Shown in pieces: positions 25,463-33,569 of a DNA stretch of 33,569 nt. Where the stretch lies: NCBI GenBank assembly GCA_048937485.1, contig JBHLND010000003.1, positions 1-33,569 of the forward strand, read 5' to 3'. The DNA is from Promethearchaeota archaeon. GTDB taxonomy: Archaea; Asgardarchaeota; Thorarchaeia; Thorarchaeales; Thorarchaeaceae. A program made the position numbers and the translations under genes. Numbering within the stretch: position 1 is the first letter of the stretch; each line of letters starts with the position of its first letter. The notes below the pieces were generated by a model. The model did not search any database. It had not been told where the DNA came from and saw only the letters and a list, made by a program, of their open reading frames with translations.

Positions 25463-28400
25463 CTAGACCTTGGGAAACCAAAGCTGAAACTTCGTGCCCA
25501 TATCGAATTTCCCTGGAACTCTATCAGAAACCTCTATGGTTCCTCCGTATTTTGAGATGATTGACTTGGCTTGGTGAAGTCCAAGTCCTCCGAAACGACG
25601 GTCCTGAGTAAACAGAGTCTTCTTGATTGAGTCATTTATCCCATTCCCGTTATCTGCAATAGCTATCTCGAAACCACCTCTCCTTTCAGAAAGGGTAACC
25701 CAAACTTGCTTCTGTTCACTGTCATTGTGAATCACTGCATTTTCAAGGACGTTCAAAAGAAGATGCTCGAGATATTCATCAGCTTTGACTATGGCATCAT
25801 CAACTCCGTAGTCTGCATCAATGATAACGTCTTCAAACCTGTTTTCAATCTCCTTCAAGCAGTTGCGCAAAGGTTGCAGAAGTGAAGCACTCGTCAGTGG
25901 TGCGGCTAAGAGACCTCGTGTGGCATGAGCTTTATCAATCAGGGCTTCAGAGGACTTGATCAGGTCAATCACTTTTTCAACTGAAGGATATAGATCCGGT
26001 CGTGATTCCCCGAATTGAAACAGCTCTATGGCCATTTGAATTGCCTGAAGGTTGTTGCGCATATCATGACCAAGAAGATCCAAGTAGAGCATCGCAGTTT
26101 CTGCAGCCGCTTTCGTTTCCTCCTCGGCCTTTTGGCGGTCCCTTTCCGCAATAACTCGCTCAGTCACATCCAATACAGTTGCTTGTATCGCTACATCTTC
26201 CTGATAATCAACCCGTTGTCCCAGGACTTCGACCCAAACAACCTTCCCATCGCTTCTGGTGACACGTAACATAATAGGTGACTCTGGTTGTGCTTGGCCT
26301 TCCAATATGTCAGCAAACGATTGCATCAAGCTCTCGTAGTCTTCCGGATGGATTAGGTTTTCAATTTCTTGGGTGGACAGAGCCAATAGCTCCTCTTGAG
26401 ACCGCCCAGTTATTTTGCTCAGAGCATTGTTTGCGAAGACAATCCTGATTGGCAATCCCTGCACGATAATGATGCCTAGTTGGGCCTGCTCTACTAGATG
26501 TCGGTACTTGGCTTCGCTATCTCGCAGAGCTTGTTCCGATTCCATTCGTCCAGTAATATCAACATCAAGTACTTGTAATGCAGGCCGCCCTCTGTAGTCG
26601 ACCTTGCCCACAAATGACTCTACCCATCTGATTGACCCATCTTTTCTAAAGTAGCGAAATCTGTGACGGGGTGAAATCGAACGTCCTGCCTCAATATCTT
26701 CATTCCTTCTAAGGAGCTCTGGTCTATCATCAGGATAGACATTTTCCCAAACCTCCTCAGGTGAGAATTGGAGTATCTCCTCAACGCTATTTCCGAGGGT
26801 TTTAGCAAAGGATGAGTTTGCATAGACATACCTGCCATCCTGAATGACTGCAAATCCTTGGAGCGACTCCTCAACGAGTTTCCGGTATCGCTCTTCCGAT
26901 TCTCTGAGTTCTTCTACTGCTCTGACCCGTTCTGTTATGTCTTCCATAGCTGCCTGAATCGCGTATCCCCCCTCGTAGTCCACACGCCTTCCAAGAACCT
27001 CAATCTGTCGAATCTCTCCACTTGGTCGAATTATTCGAATGGAAAAGTTATCATCATAGGCTTCCCTGCCACCCAATAACTCTCCAAATCTCCCAAGGGT
27101 TTCATCATAATCATCTGGATGAATCATCGTTTCTACTTCTTCCGGCAAAAGGGCGATAAGTTCCTCAGGCGTCATACCAACCATTTTTCCCAAGGCTGAA
27201 TTGGCGAAAACAATGTCCAATGGCGGGCCTTGCAGAATAGCCACTCCCTGAGTATATTGCTCAACTAGTTGCTTGTATTTTTCTTCGGAGTCTTTGATAG
27301 CTTGTTCAGCCTCAACTCGGCTGGTGATATCCCTGATGATAGTTACAACTTGGGCAACTCTCTCCTCTCTTGTGATTGGTATCTTAGTTGCTTCAGTAAT
27401 GATTTCTCGATCACCGAGGAGCGTTTTCTCTTCGCTTGTGAGAATCTCTCCTGTTTGAAAGACTTCTCTATATTCCTCAAAGACTGAATCTGTGAGAAAT
27501 GGAAATGCTTCCGGCAATTTCATTCCAGTTATGTTATCACCAAGATTCAATTCCTTAACCCAACTGCCAAGCCGGGGATTTACCAGAATGATATTCAAAT
27601 TCTCGTCTACAACATGAATTGCATCACTCAATGCCCACAAAATGGATCGGTATTGCTCTTCAGATTCCTTAAGGGCACTTTCCGCACGGTTTCTTTCTGT
27701 TACATCCTCGCCTGATGCTATGAGCCCGATGGCCTCTCCCGCATCGTTTTTCAGAACTTGAAATCGCCATGACACAAGACGTTCCTCACCAGTCTTTGTG
27801 AGAACCGGCAAAAGATAGTCCTCCTCACTTCCTATGGCACTAGCTAGCGCCTGATGAAAGGCGTTACTTTCCTGCTCCCGAAGCCTTTCGGGTACTCCTA
27901 GTTCAATCCAGTTTCTACCTAGCACCTCAACCGCGGAGTATCCAATTATTTCGAGTCCCTTACGGTTCATCAAGTGAATTCGGCCGTCGACATCCACGAC
28001 TACGATAGCTGCGTCAGCTATGTCCAAGTACATCTGTGCAGTGTCTCTCTCACTGCGGAGTTCCTCTTCCGCCTTCTTTCGGAGTGAGATATCTCTAACC
28101 AATGCCCAGGTTCCTATTGGTTTTCCGTCATCGTCTCTTAGAAGGTAAACCCGTATTTCGACAGGAATTGCTGTGCCATCCTTCCTAAGTAATTCCTTCT
28201 CATATAGATCTGAGAATCCACGAATCATTGTTTGATCCTTCTGAATCCTCTTTTCCATTTCGTGCCATTGAGGCGGAGTTAAATCCCAAAAAGTTCGCGA
28301 CTTCAGTTCTTCCTCGGTGTATCCGGATATCTCCAAATACGCCCGATTGACCTCTAGGTATCTTCCCTCCATGTCAGTACTCGTATACCCATCTTCCAAG

Positions 28401-30319
28401 CTTTCGTGAAGCTGCCTGTACTTCTTCTCCGATGCCTGTATTGCTTTCTCCGCTTCAATCCGGTCAGTTACATCTAGTGCAACGCCACCAATCAGTGTTG
28501 GTTTGCCTTCTCTCCTAATTGAAAACTTGGAGGTTTGGTACCAATGCATGGTTCCATTAAGGTCAGGCACAGCCTGTAGTCTGTGAGTTGACCCCTCTCT
28601 CAGTGTAATCTTATCCTCTTCTACCATAATCTGGCCGTATTCGTTGGGAAAGATGTCAAGTGTGTGCTTTCCCTGCCACTCCTCAACACGGAATCGTTCT
28701 TTCATGAACGTGTTTGCGTATACGTAGTTGGAATTCTCATCTTTAATATAGACAGGTCCCGGGATATTCTCCGCAAATAGGGCAAACCGTTCCTCGTTTT
28801 CTCTCAACTCCCTTTCAGTTTCCTTCTTCTCGGTGATGTTCCGAACCAAGGAAACAACGCTTAATCCGTCTTCATGCATTGTTACGGTTGCTGAAAACCA
28901 GTATGGGATTCCACCAATTTCCAACTGATACTCTATATTCTCTCCCTCGCCAGTTTCGCGGACTCTTGCAAAGCAACTCCTGTGTACATCCGCCACTTCC
29001 AGTGGAAGAACTTCATCAACGGTTTTGCCCACAAGCTCTTCTGGAGGCCTGAGCACAAGCCCCCTGTCGGAGGTGTAGATTTGCGAATATCTATTCTCTC
29101 CATCATACACGAATACTATGTCTTCCAATGATTGTATGATGGTCCTATAGCGCTCCTCGCTAGCCCTTTGAGTTTCTTCTGCATTGCGTCGCTCGGTCAC
29201 ATCACGAATGAGTGATTGGAGTCCTTTTGCAACTCCGTTCTCCATAAGCAAGGTGTTGGTTACATGAAAATGAATCACAGATCCATCCTTTCTTACACCT
29301 CTTGCTTCAATGCCTCTTGGCATGGCGGTTCCTTTCGCCTTACTTTCTTGATATTGCTCAAGTACCGCAGGGCGATCATCCGGATGCACTAGCTGAATGA
29401 AGTGCATGCCAATGATTTCATCTATATCATAGCCTGCAATTTCTGCCCCCTTGGGACTACACATCGTTATAATGCCGTCTTCATTTGTGCGGAATATGCC
29501 ATCGGGAAGGTTCTCATAGAGCAGTCGAAATTTCTCTTCACTCTCTCTTAGTGCGATTTCTGCCTTGGTCCATTTCGTTACGTCTCTAGCAATGGCAATT
29601 ACTCCTGTTACATTCCCATTCTTTCTTAGTGGCGAAGATATTACTTCAGCTGTGAATGTGCTTCCGTCTTTCTTTTCCCACTCTACTTGAATTGGCTCAG
29701 GAGTGATTCCTCTTACAATGCTGGTGAACATCTGCAGATAGGTTGGAATATCACTAGCTTTGAGTGCTCCTAGAAGCGTAAATCGTCGTCCAACCAGCTC
29801 CTCAACTGAGTATCCTGTGTATTCCACAATGGCCCTGTTGCAATAAGTTATGTTTCCTCTCTTGTCCAAGGTAACAATTCCATCAGGGTAAAGGTCCATC
29901 AGTCTTGAAAAGTGCCCTTCATCATCATCAATTATTTGGCGTTCGCCCTCAAGTTCGGATGTTATTAGGAAAATCCATTGGCCGTTCTGCTTCGGTGAAT
30001 CAAACACGCCCGCAACAACGGTCGTTCGAACAGTTTCTCCTGATGCAGTTCTCCAAGACAATACGGTCCCAGATCGCTCCCTGCCTGAAGAAGTGAGTAG
30101 AAGCTCAGCAAGTGGTTCCTCTTGTCCAGTTTCAATGAACTCTGTCACCCGCTTTCCTACTAGTTCGGCAATAGATCTGCTAATCATAGTAGAGAAAGCC
30201 GGATTAGCATAGATGATGTGCTGAGCACTATCCACCACAAGAAAACCTTCGGAAATCAGGTTGGCAAGTACGCTGCCATTCAGACCCGCAGACCAATGTT
30301 CATTTTGCACTCTTTGCAC
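25463..30319 (-). CDS. Cytoplasmic sensor histidine kinase with 11 PAS domains
   Basis: Eleven PAS/PAC units linked by (R/E)DxTER...SEE(K/R)YR coiled linkers; H-box LLGHDMRNNL, N-box NVLENAVIHN, G1 DNGNGI, G2 GGLGL; no TM helix and no receiver domain. Confidence 0.94.
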   Translation of the reverse strand: MQRVQNEHWSAGLNGSVLANLISEGFLVVDSAQHIIYANPAFSTMISRSIAELVGKRVTEFIETGQEEPLAELLLTSSGRERSGTVLSWRTASGETVRTTVVAGVFDSPKQNGQWIFLITSELEGERQIIDDDEGHFSRLMDLYPDGIVTLDKRGNITYCNRAIVEYTGYSVEELVGRRFTLLGALKASDIPTYLQMFTSIVRGITPEPIQVEWEKKDGSTFTAEVISSPLRKNGNVTGVIAIARDVTKWTKAEIALRESEEKFRLLYENLPDGIFRTNEDGIITMCSPKGAEIAGYDIDEIIGMHFIQLVHPDDRPAVLEQYQESKAKGTAMPRGIEARGVRKDGSVIHFHVTNTLLMENGVAKGLQSLIRDVTERRNAEETQRASEERYRTIIQSLEDIVFVYDGENRYSQIYTSDRGLVLRPPEELVGKTVDEVLPLEVADVHRSCFARVRETGEGENIEYQLEIGGIPYWFSATVTMHEDGLSVVSLVRNITEKKETERELRENEERFALFAENIPGPVYIKDENSNYVYANTFMKERFRVEEWQGKHTLDIFPNEYGQIMVEEDKITLREGSTHRLQAVPDLNGTMHWYQTSKFSIRREGKPTLIGGVALDVTDRIEAEKAIQASEKKYRQLHESLEDGYTSTDMEGRYLEVNRAYLEISGYTEEELKSRTFWDLTPPQWHEMEKRIQKDQTMIRGFSDLYEKELLRKDGTAIPVEIRVYLLRDDDGKPIGTWALVRDISLRKKAEEELRSERDTAQMYLDIADAAIVVVDVDGRIHLMNRKGLEIIGYSAVEVLGRNWIELGVPERLREQESNAFHQALASAIGSEEDYLLPVLTKTGEERLVSWRFQVLKNDAGEAIGLIASGEDVTERNRAESALKESEEQYRSILWALSDAIHVVDENLNIILVNPRLGSWVKELNLGDNITGMKLPEAFPFLTDSVFEEYREVFQTGEILTSEEKTLLGDREIITEATKIPITREERVAQVVTIIRDITSRVEAEQAIKDSEEKYKQLVEQYTQGVAILQGPPLDIVFANSALGKMVGMTPEELIALLPEEVETMIHPDDYDETLGRFGELLGGREAYDDNFSIRIIRPSGEIRQIEVLGRRVDYEGGYAIQAAMEDITERVRAVEELRESEERYRKLVEESLQGFAVIQDGRYVYANSSFAKTLGNSVEEILQFSPEEVWENVYPDDRPELLRRNEDIEAGRSISPRHRFRYFRKDGSIRWVESFVGKVDYRGRPALQVLDVDITGRMESEQALRDSEAKYRHLVEQAQLGIIIVQGLPIRIVFANNALSKITGRSQEELLALSTQEIENLIHPEDYESLMQSFADILEGQAQPESPIMLRVTRSDGKVVWVEVLGQRVDYQEDVAIQATVLDVTERVIAERDRQKAEEETKAAAETAMLYLDLLGHDMRNNLQAIQMAIELFQFGESRPDLYPSVEKVIDLIKSSEALIDKAHATRGLLAAPLTSASLLQPLRNCLKEIENRFEDVIIDADYGVDDAIVKADEYLEHLLLNVLENAVIHNDSEQKQVWVTLSERRGGFEIAIADNGNGINDSIKKTLFTQDRRFGGLGLHQAKSIISKYGGTIEVSDRVPGKFDMGTKFQLWFPKV

Positions 30320-30639
30320 CCCGTTTCGAAAGCCCTTAAGATATGAGCTTCAAGGTATGTTCCCGATAGGATATCTGGGAAGAACTCGCGAGAACTTCCA
30401 AGGTCCCGCCGTGCCCCCCAGCAATTGAATCCTTTTTGACTTGTCTGTTGTGAACATATTCACGTATCTACGAAGGTCTTTGAGTACTGTGAGCAGTTTT
30501 CAAAGAGTGGTGCTTATAATACTCAAAATGGAATAATGAATTGCCAGCTGGGCCTAGCTTAACCATGGGGGCGAACATGTGTGTTCGTTGAGGGCAGAGC
30601 ATTGGCCCAGGAATAATTGCCGCGCCTAGCCACCAGCAC

Positions 30640-31395
30640 TCAAAATGAGGTCAGTGTTTCTGGGTTCTTAATCACACGAGCGAAGACCTTGCTGTCATAG
30701 AATGGCGCTTGGCGATTCAAACAAGCTCCTACAACACATCGAGAGCAAACAAAACTGAAGATCTCTTTGAGTGTTGGCATTCTGCCCAATCCAGCAAGAA
30801 GGTTCTTCTTGGATGCTGGAAATAGCGTGCCTTTCTTTTTCGCTAGAGTGTCAAAAACCATGGAATGCATGCTCTCAATGAATGATTCTGAACTCCCCTC
30901 TTTCCGGTGAAGCTGCAAAATGAGATTCATTACAGGAGATAGTTCACATGATAGCTCGTAATGCTCCGATTCCCAGCGTTTTTCAAAACCCTCTTCGATC
31001 AATCCTACTTCCCACATGGGGAACAATTCGAGACCCTCCTTCTTCTCGTGGTCGAAGATTGCTTCCACTATCTTTCCGCCCTTCTTCTCTTTTCCATACC
31101 AAATGGGCATTCCCCGAGGTATGTGTGAAGGTCTCCCGCAAAACACAAACCATCCCTTCTCAGGAGTTGTATGTAGAGTCTTCCTAACAGCCTCTGCCGC
31201 ATCAGTGTGCTTCTGAACTACGTGCGCAGGAACCCAGACAGCATGAGTATCGCATCTAGGTTGCCCGCATAATGCACATGGATAGGTTGGAGCAGCACTC
31301 GTGATAGATCCTTTTCTCAAACACTCGGAGCAGTGTGACAATTCGGTGACATCCGGAATATTGGTATGCAATTTAGGATAACAAGTTTCTCGCAA
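30640..31395 (-). CDS. Cys/His-rich zinc-finger protein (AN1/B-box-like N-terminal motif)
   Basis: CSEC-x14-CALC-x4-CDTH-x6-H, plus FCGRPSH and C-terminal CSRC...AC; TTG start 9 nt downstream of the CDF stop. Confidence 0.7.
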   Translation of the reverse strand: MRETCYPKLHTNIPDVTELSHCSECLRKGSITSAAPTYPCALCGQPRCDTHAVWVPAHVVQKHTDAAEAVRKTLHTTPEKGWFVFCGRPSHIPRGMPIWYGKEKKGGKIVEAIFDHEKKEGLELFPMWEVGLIEEGFEKRWESEHYELSCELSPVMNLILQLHRKEGSSESFIESMHSMVFDTLAKKKGTLFPASKKNLLAGLGRMPTLKEIFSFVCSRCVVGACLNRQAPFYDSKVFARVIKNPETLTSF

Positions 31396-31404
31396 AAAGG
31401 ACTG

Positions 31405-32799
31405 CTATCTTGGTTCAGTATGAACAAACACAAGACCTACTTCTGGAAACTTCTTCTTTACTAGTTTCTCCACGGTTTCAGCAATCTCATGACTCTCACC
31501 TAGAGTTAGGGTCGCGTCAACGTAACAGTCGAGAGATACCGTCAGTTCTGATTCCCCTCCAGTAATTACGATTCCATGGCAGTCGTAAGCATGTTCAATC
31601 TCGTTAACAAGTTGTGTGATTGCCAAGACCATCTCATCTCGGTCAGAAGTCATATTACGCTCTATCTGCTCTTTGTGTTCAACATCGATATGAAGTGTAG
31701 CTCTCCTCAAGTTTGGAATGGCTTCTTTGAGACGTTCCTCAAGCCTATCAGTTACTCTGTGGGCACTATCAACAGTCATTTTGGACGGCATCTCTAGGTC
31801 CGCTGAAATGTATGTATCCCTCTCTGTCATTTGAATGCGAACCTTATGAACTCCAAGGATATCTGGCTCTTTTCTGGCAAGAGCATGGAGTAATGAATAG
31901 GCATCTACCTCCTCCTGAAAGACGTCATCCGTTAAACTTGGCTCAACATGGACTACGCAATCTACACTCTGGTTGAGCCTCGAAAGAGCTTGCTCGACCG
32001 CGTCAGCAATGTGATGTGCATCATCCAATGATGTTCCCTCATCAACGGTGACAACAACATCAAGGAACATCTCGTGGCCTGACACTCTGACTCGGGCACG
32101 TTTGCATTCTAGGACTCCTGGAACGCTCACGCAAATTCGTTCAATCTCGTTATCCATTCCATAGGGCGCTCGGTCAAGCAGAGCATCTGCGGCGCGTTTT
32201 GCCAGCTTGATCGATACAAAAAGAATCACAATTGCGACACCTATTGCTGACAATGGGTCTGCAATTGGAATGCCAAAGAATACGAATAGAAGACCTATCA
32301 GAACGACAACGGAACTCATTGCATCAGTGACGAAGTGAAGGCCATCTGCTTCAAGAGCCTGACTTCCATGTTTTTCAGCCGTCGCATAAAGGACATGGCT
32401 TCGCTCTATGTTTACAACTATACTGATAATCATTACAATGACGCCAGCCAGTGTGGGGTCTGGAAACTCTTGAAATTGGATGACACGTATTGCCTCGAAT
32501 ATAATCCATGCAGCAGTTATCCACAGCAGAATGGTTTGCACGAAGGCTGAGAAGTTCTCAATCTTTCCATGACCATAATGATGCTCCTCATCCGGGTCTC
32601 GCGAAGCACTTCGGACTGAAACGAAGGTTATTCCTGCGGCCGCAAGATCAAGTGCACTATGCAAAGCCTCCGAAATAACTCCCAATGAACCACTAGTTAT
32701 ACCTACAACTACCTTTATGATTGTGAGACCTAGGGCGGCAATCAGCGATAGAAGCGCTGCTCTATTGACTTCTCTCCTGCGTTCGGGTGCACTCACCAT
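31405..32799 (-). CDS. Cation diffusion facilitator transporter with three tandem C-terminal dimerisation domains
   Basis: SEALHSALD, HHYGHGKIE, ADGLHFVTD, ADPL; three CTD repeats ending VHVEP, LHIDV and VHTEP. Confidence 0.93.
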   Translation of the reverse strand: MVSAPERRREVNRAALLSLIAALGLTIIKVVVGITSGSLGVISEALHSALDLAAAGITFVSVRSASRDPDEEHHYGHGKIENFSAFVQTILLWITAAWIIFEAIRVIQFQEFPDPTLAGVIVMIISIVVNIERSHVLYATAEKHGSQALEADGLHFVTDAMSSVVVLIGLLFVFFGIPIADPLSAIGVAIVILFVSIKLAKRAADALLDRAPYGMDNEIERICVSVPGVLECKRARVRVSGHEMFLDVVVTVDEGTSLDDAHHIADAVEQALSRLNQSVDCVVHVEPSLTDDVFQEEVDAYSLLHALARKEPDILGVHKVRIQMTERDTYISADLEMPSKMTVDSAHRVTDRLEERLKEAIPNLRRATLHIDVEHKEQIERNMTSDRDEMVLAITQLVNEIEHAYDCHGIVITGGESELTVSLDCYVDATLTLGESHEIAETVEKLVKKKFPEVGLVFVHTEPR

Positions 32800-32883
32800 G
32801 GTTCCCGCTTGAATTATTCACTCCTTTAAGACTTCGCTTAGTTCGATTTTTGAACAGGTTGATGCTACTGCACCACTGCTCTT

Positions 32884-33144
32884 ATGAGCTTTCCATTTAC
32901 TAGAAACGATTGCCCAAATACGCGGTGTTGGAATAACATGCCAAGAGATGCCCTGACGCCAAATTATGAAGAGAGCATTGGCGTTGAATCTGGGGCAGCC
33001 ATAATCTTCAATCGAGAAGCAAATCTCCTGATTAAGATGACTGGTTTTCGTATTGTTGAAGAATTTGGCACTTTTGACAAGGCCCCTTATGATAGCGATG
33101 CGAGTCGAAGAATACTTGTTCTTAAGCATGATTACACTGAGTGA
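32884..33144 (+). pseudogene. Probable remnant: C-terminal end of a class I SAM-dependent methyltransferase
   Basis: IFNREANLLIKMTGFRIVEEFGTFDKAPYDSDASRRILV resembles a typical methyltransferase tail (E..LL...GF.....GDF...PY...S.R.I); no SAM-binding motif I lies upstream in the available space. Confidence 0.5.
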
Positions 33145-33253
33145 ACTGTGTTCCAATTTATGGAACAGTTGCTGCCCATGTATCACGGTTCTTATCACTT
33201 TCAAATTGATTTCGAGTCGATTCAGTAATGGTTCTCAAAGGGAGGTTAATCTA

Positions 33254-33569
33254 CTGTTTACCTACTTCAGCGATGAGGAATACCACCGAGTCTTTGGGGA
33301 ATTCGAAGGCGTCCGCAAGAAGATAGCTACATTGATTGCAGGTGAAATGCAGAATAAGAATCTGGAAGTTCTTGACCTTCTTGCAGGACATGGGTACCTT
33401 AGTGCAGAACTCGCTCAGGTATGTCCCAATTGTATGATTCACGGTACGGGTCTGAAAAATGATCTGGATTCTTTCACGGCGCTCAAGGCTTCGGGCATAT
33501 ACCCTTCATCTGTTTGGAAGAACATCAGCTACACTAAGTGTGATGTCACTACACTTCCCTTTGATAACG
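33254..33569 (+). CDS. Class I SAM-dependent methyltransferase, 3'-truncated by the window edge
   Basis: Manual translation LFTYFSDEEYHRVFGEFEGVRKKIA...EVLDLLAGHGYLS...KCDVTTLPFDN shows motif I and the D..LPF motif. SD GGAGGT at 33241-33246 points to CTG 33254. Absent from the ORF track. Confidence 0.8.
   Translation, partial: MFTYFSDEEYHRVFGEFEGVRKKIATLIAGEMQNKNLEVLDLLAGHGYLSAELAQVCPNCMIHGTGLKNDLDSFTALKASGIYPSSVWKNISYTKCDVTTLPFDN

Noticed and set aside
30320-30447. In-frame upstream ORF (MFTTDKSK...GNIP-TGA) as a selenocysteine readthrough extension of the kinase
   Set aside because: No redox motif around the TGA and no domain-like sequence. The nearby hairpin lacks the AUGA/GA SECIS core and is not in the kinase 3' UTR.
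30548-30610. tRNA or H/ACA sRNA identity for the intergenic hairpin
   Set aside because: No cloverleaf with D and T loops and no ACA box after the stem; kept only as an unassigned structure.
32818-33442. Minus-strand ORFs 32818-33204 and 33251-33442
   Set aside because: They are antisense to methyltransferase-like plus-strand frames and show no motifs.

Overview
Gene-dense archaeal chromosomal window. The gene content and style resemble Asgard archaea, probably Thorarchaeota (inference from many TTG/GTG starts, BRE-TATA promoters, N-glycosylated single-pass surface proteins, a split archaeal MCM and a giant multi-PAS kinase). The left third (1-11 kb) is a cell-surface cluster. It includes a >1,670-aa secreted protein missing from the ORF track because it runs off the edge, with two Ca-binding FG-GAP/VCBS-type propeller regions on a stalk of Ig-like repeats. 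It also holds a CPBP intramembrane protease, a TspO-like protein, a small winged-helix protein, an exported BPL_N/GATase-like protein lacking its nucleophile Cys, a 45-aa C4 zinc-finger micro-protein (also missing from the track) and a membrane-anchored VIT-vWA protein. The middle (11-20.5 kb) has a CoA-transferase A/B pair, a HAD hydrolase, a TPR protein, a methylmalonyl-CoA mutase operon (small subunit, MeaB, large subunit, epimerase), threonine aldolase and an MFS transporter. The 21-25 kb segment has a divergent SRAP/HMCES + DUF72 pair (the DUF72 ends in a PCNA PIP-like motif), an Ntn-hydrolase whose N-terminal Cys is replaced, a biotin ligase and RNase HIII. The right end has an 11-PAS histidine kinase, a zinc-finger protein, a CDF transporter with three C-terminal domains, a methyltransferase remnant and a truncated methyltransferase. 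I saw no rRNA, tRNA, CRISPR array or transposase. The best candidates for undescribed systems are the SRAP-DUF72(PIP)-atypical Ntn abasic-site module and the adhesin/vWA/CPBP surface module with a shared FVR[RK][RK]P C-terminus.
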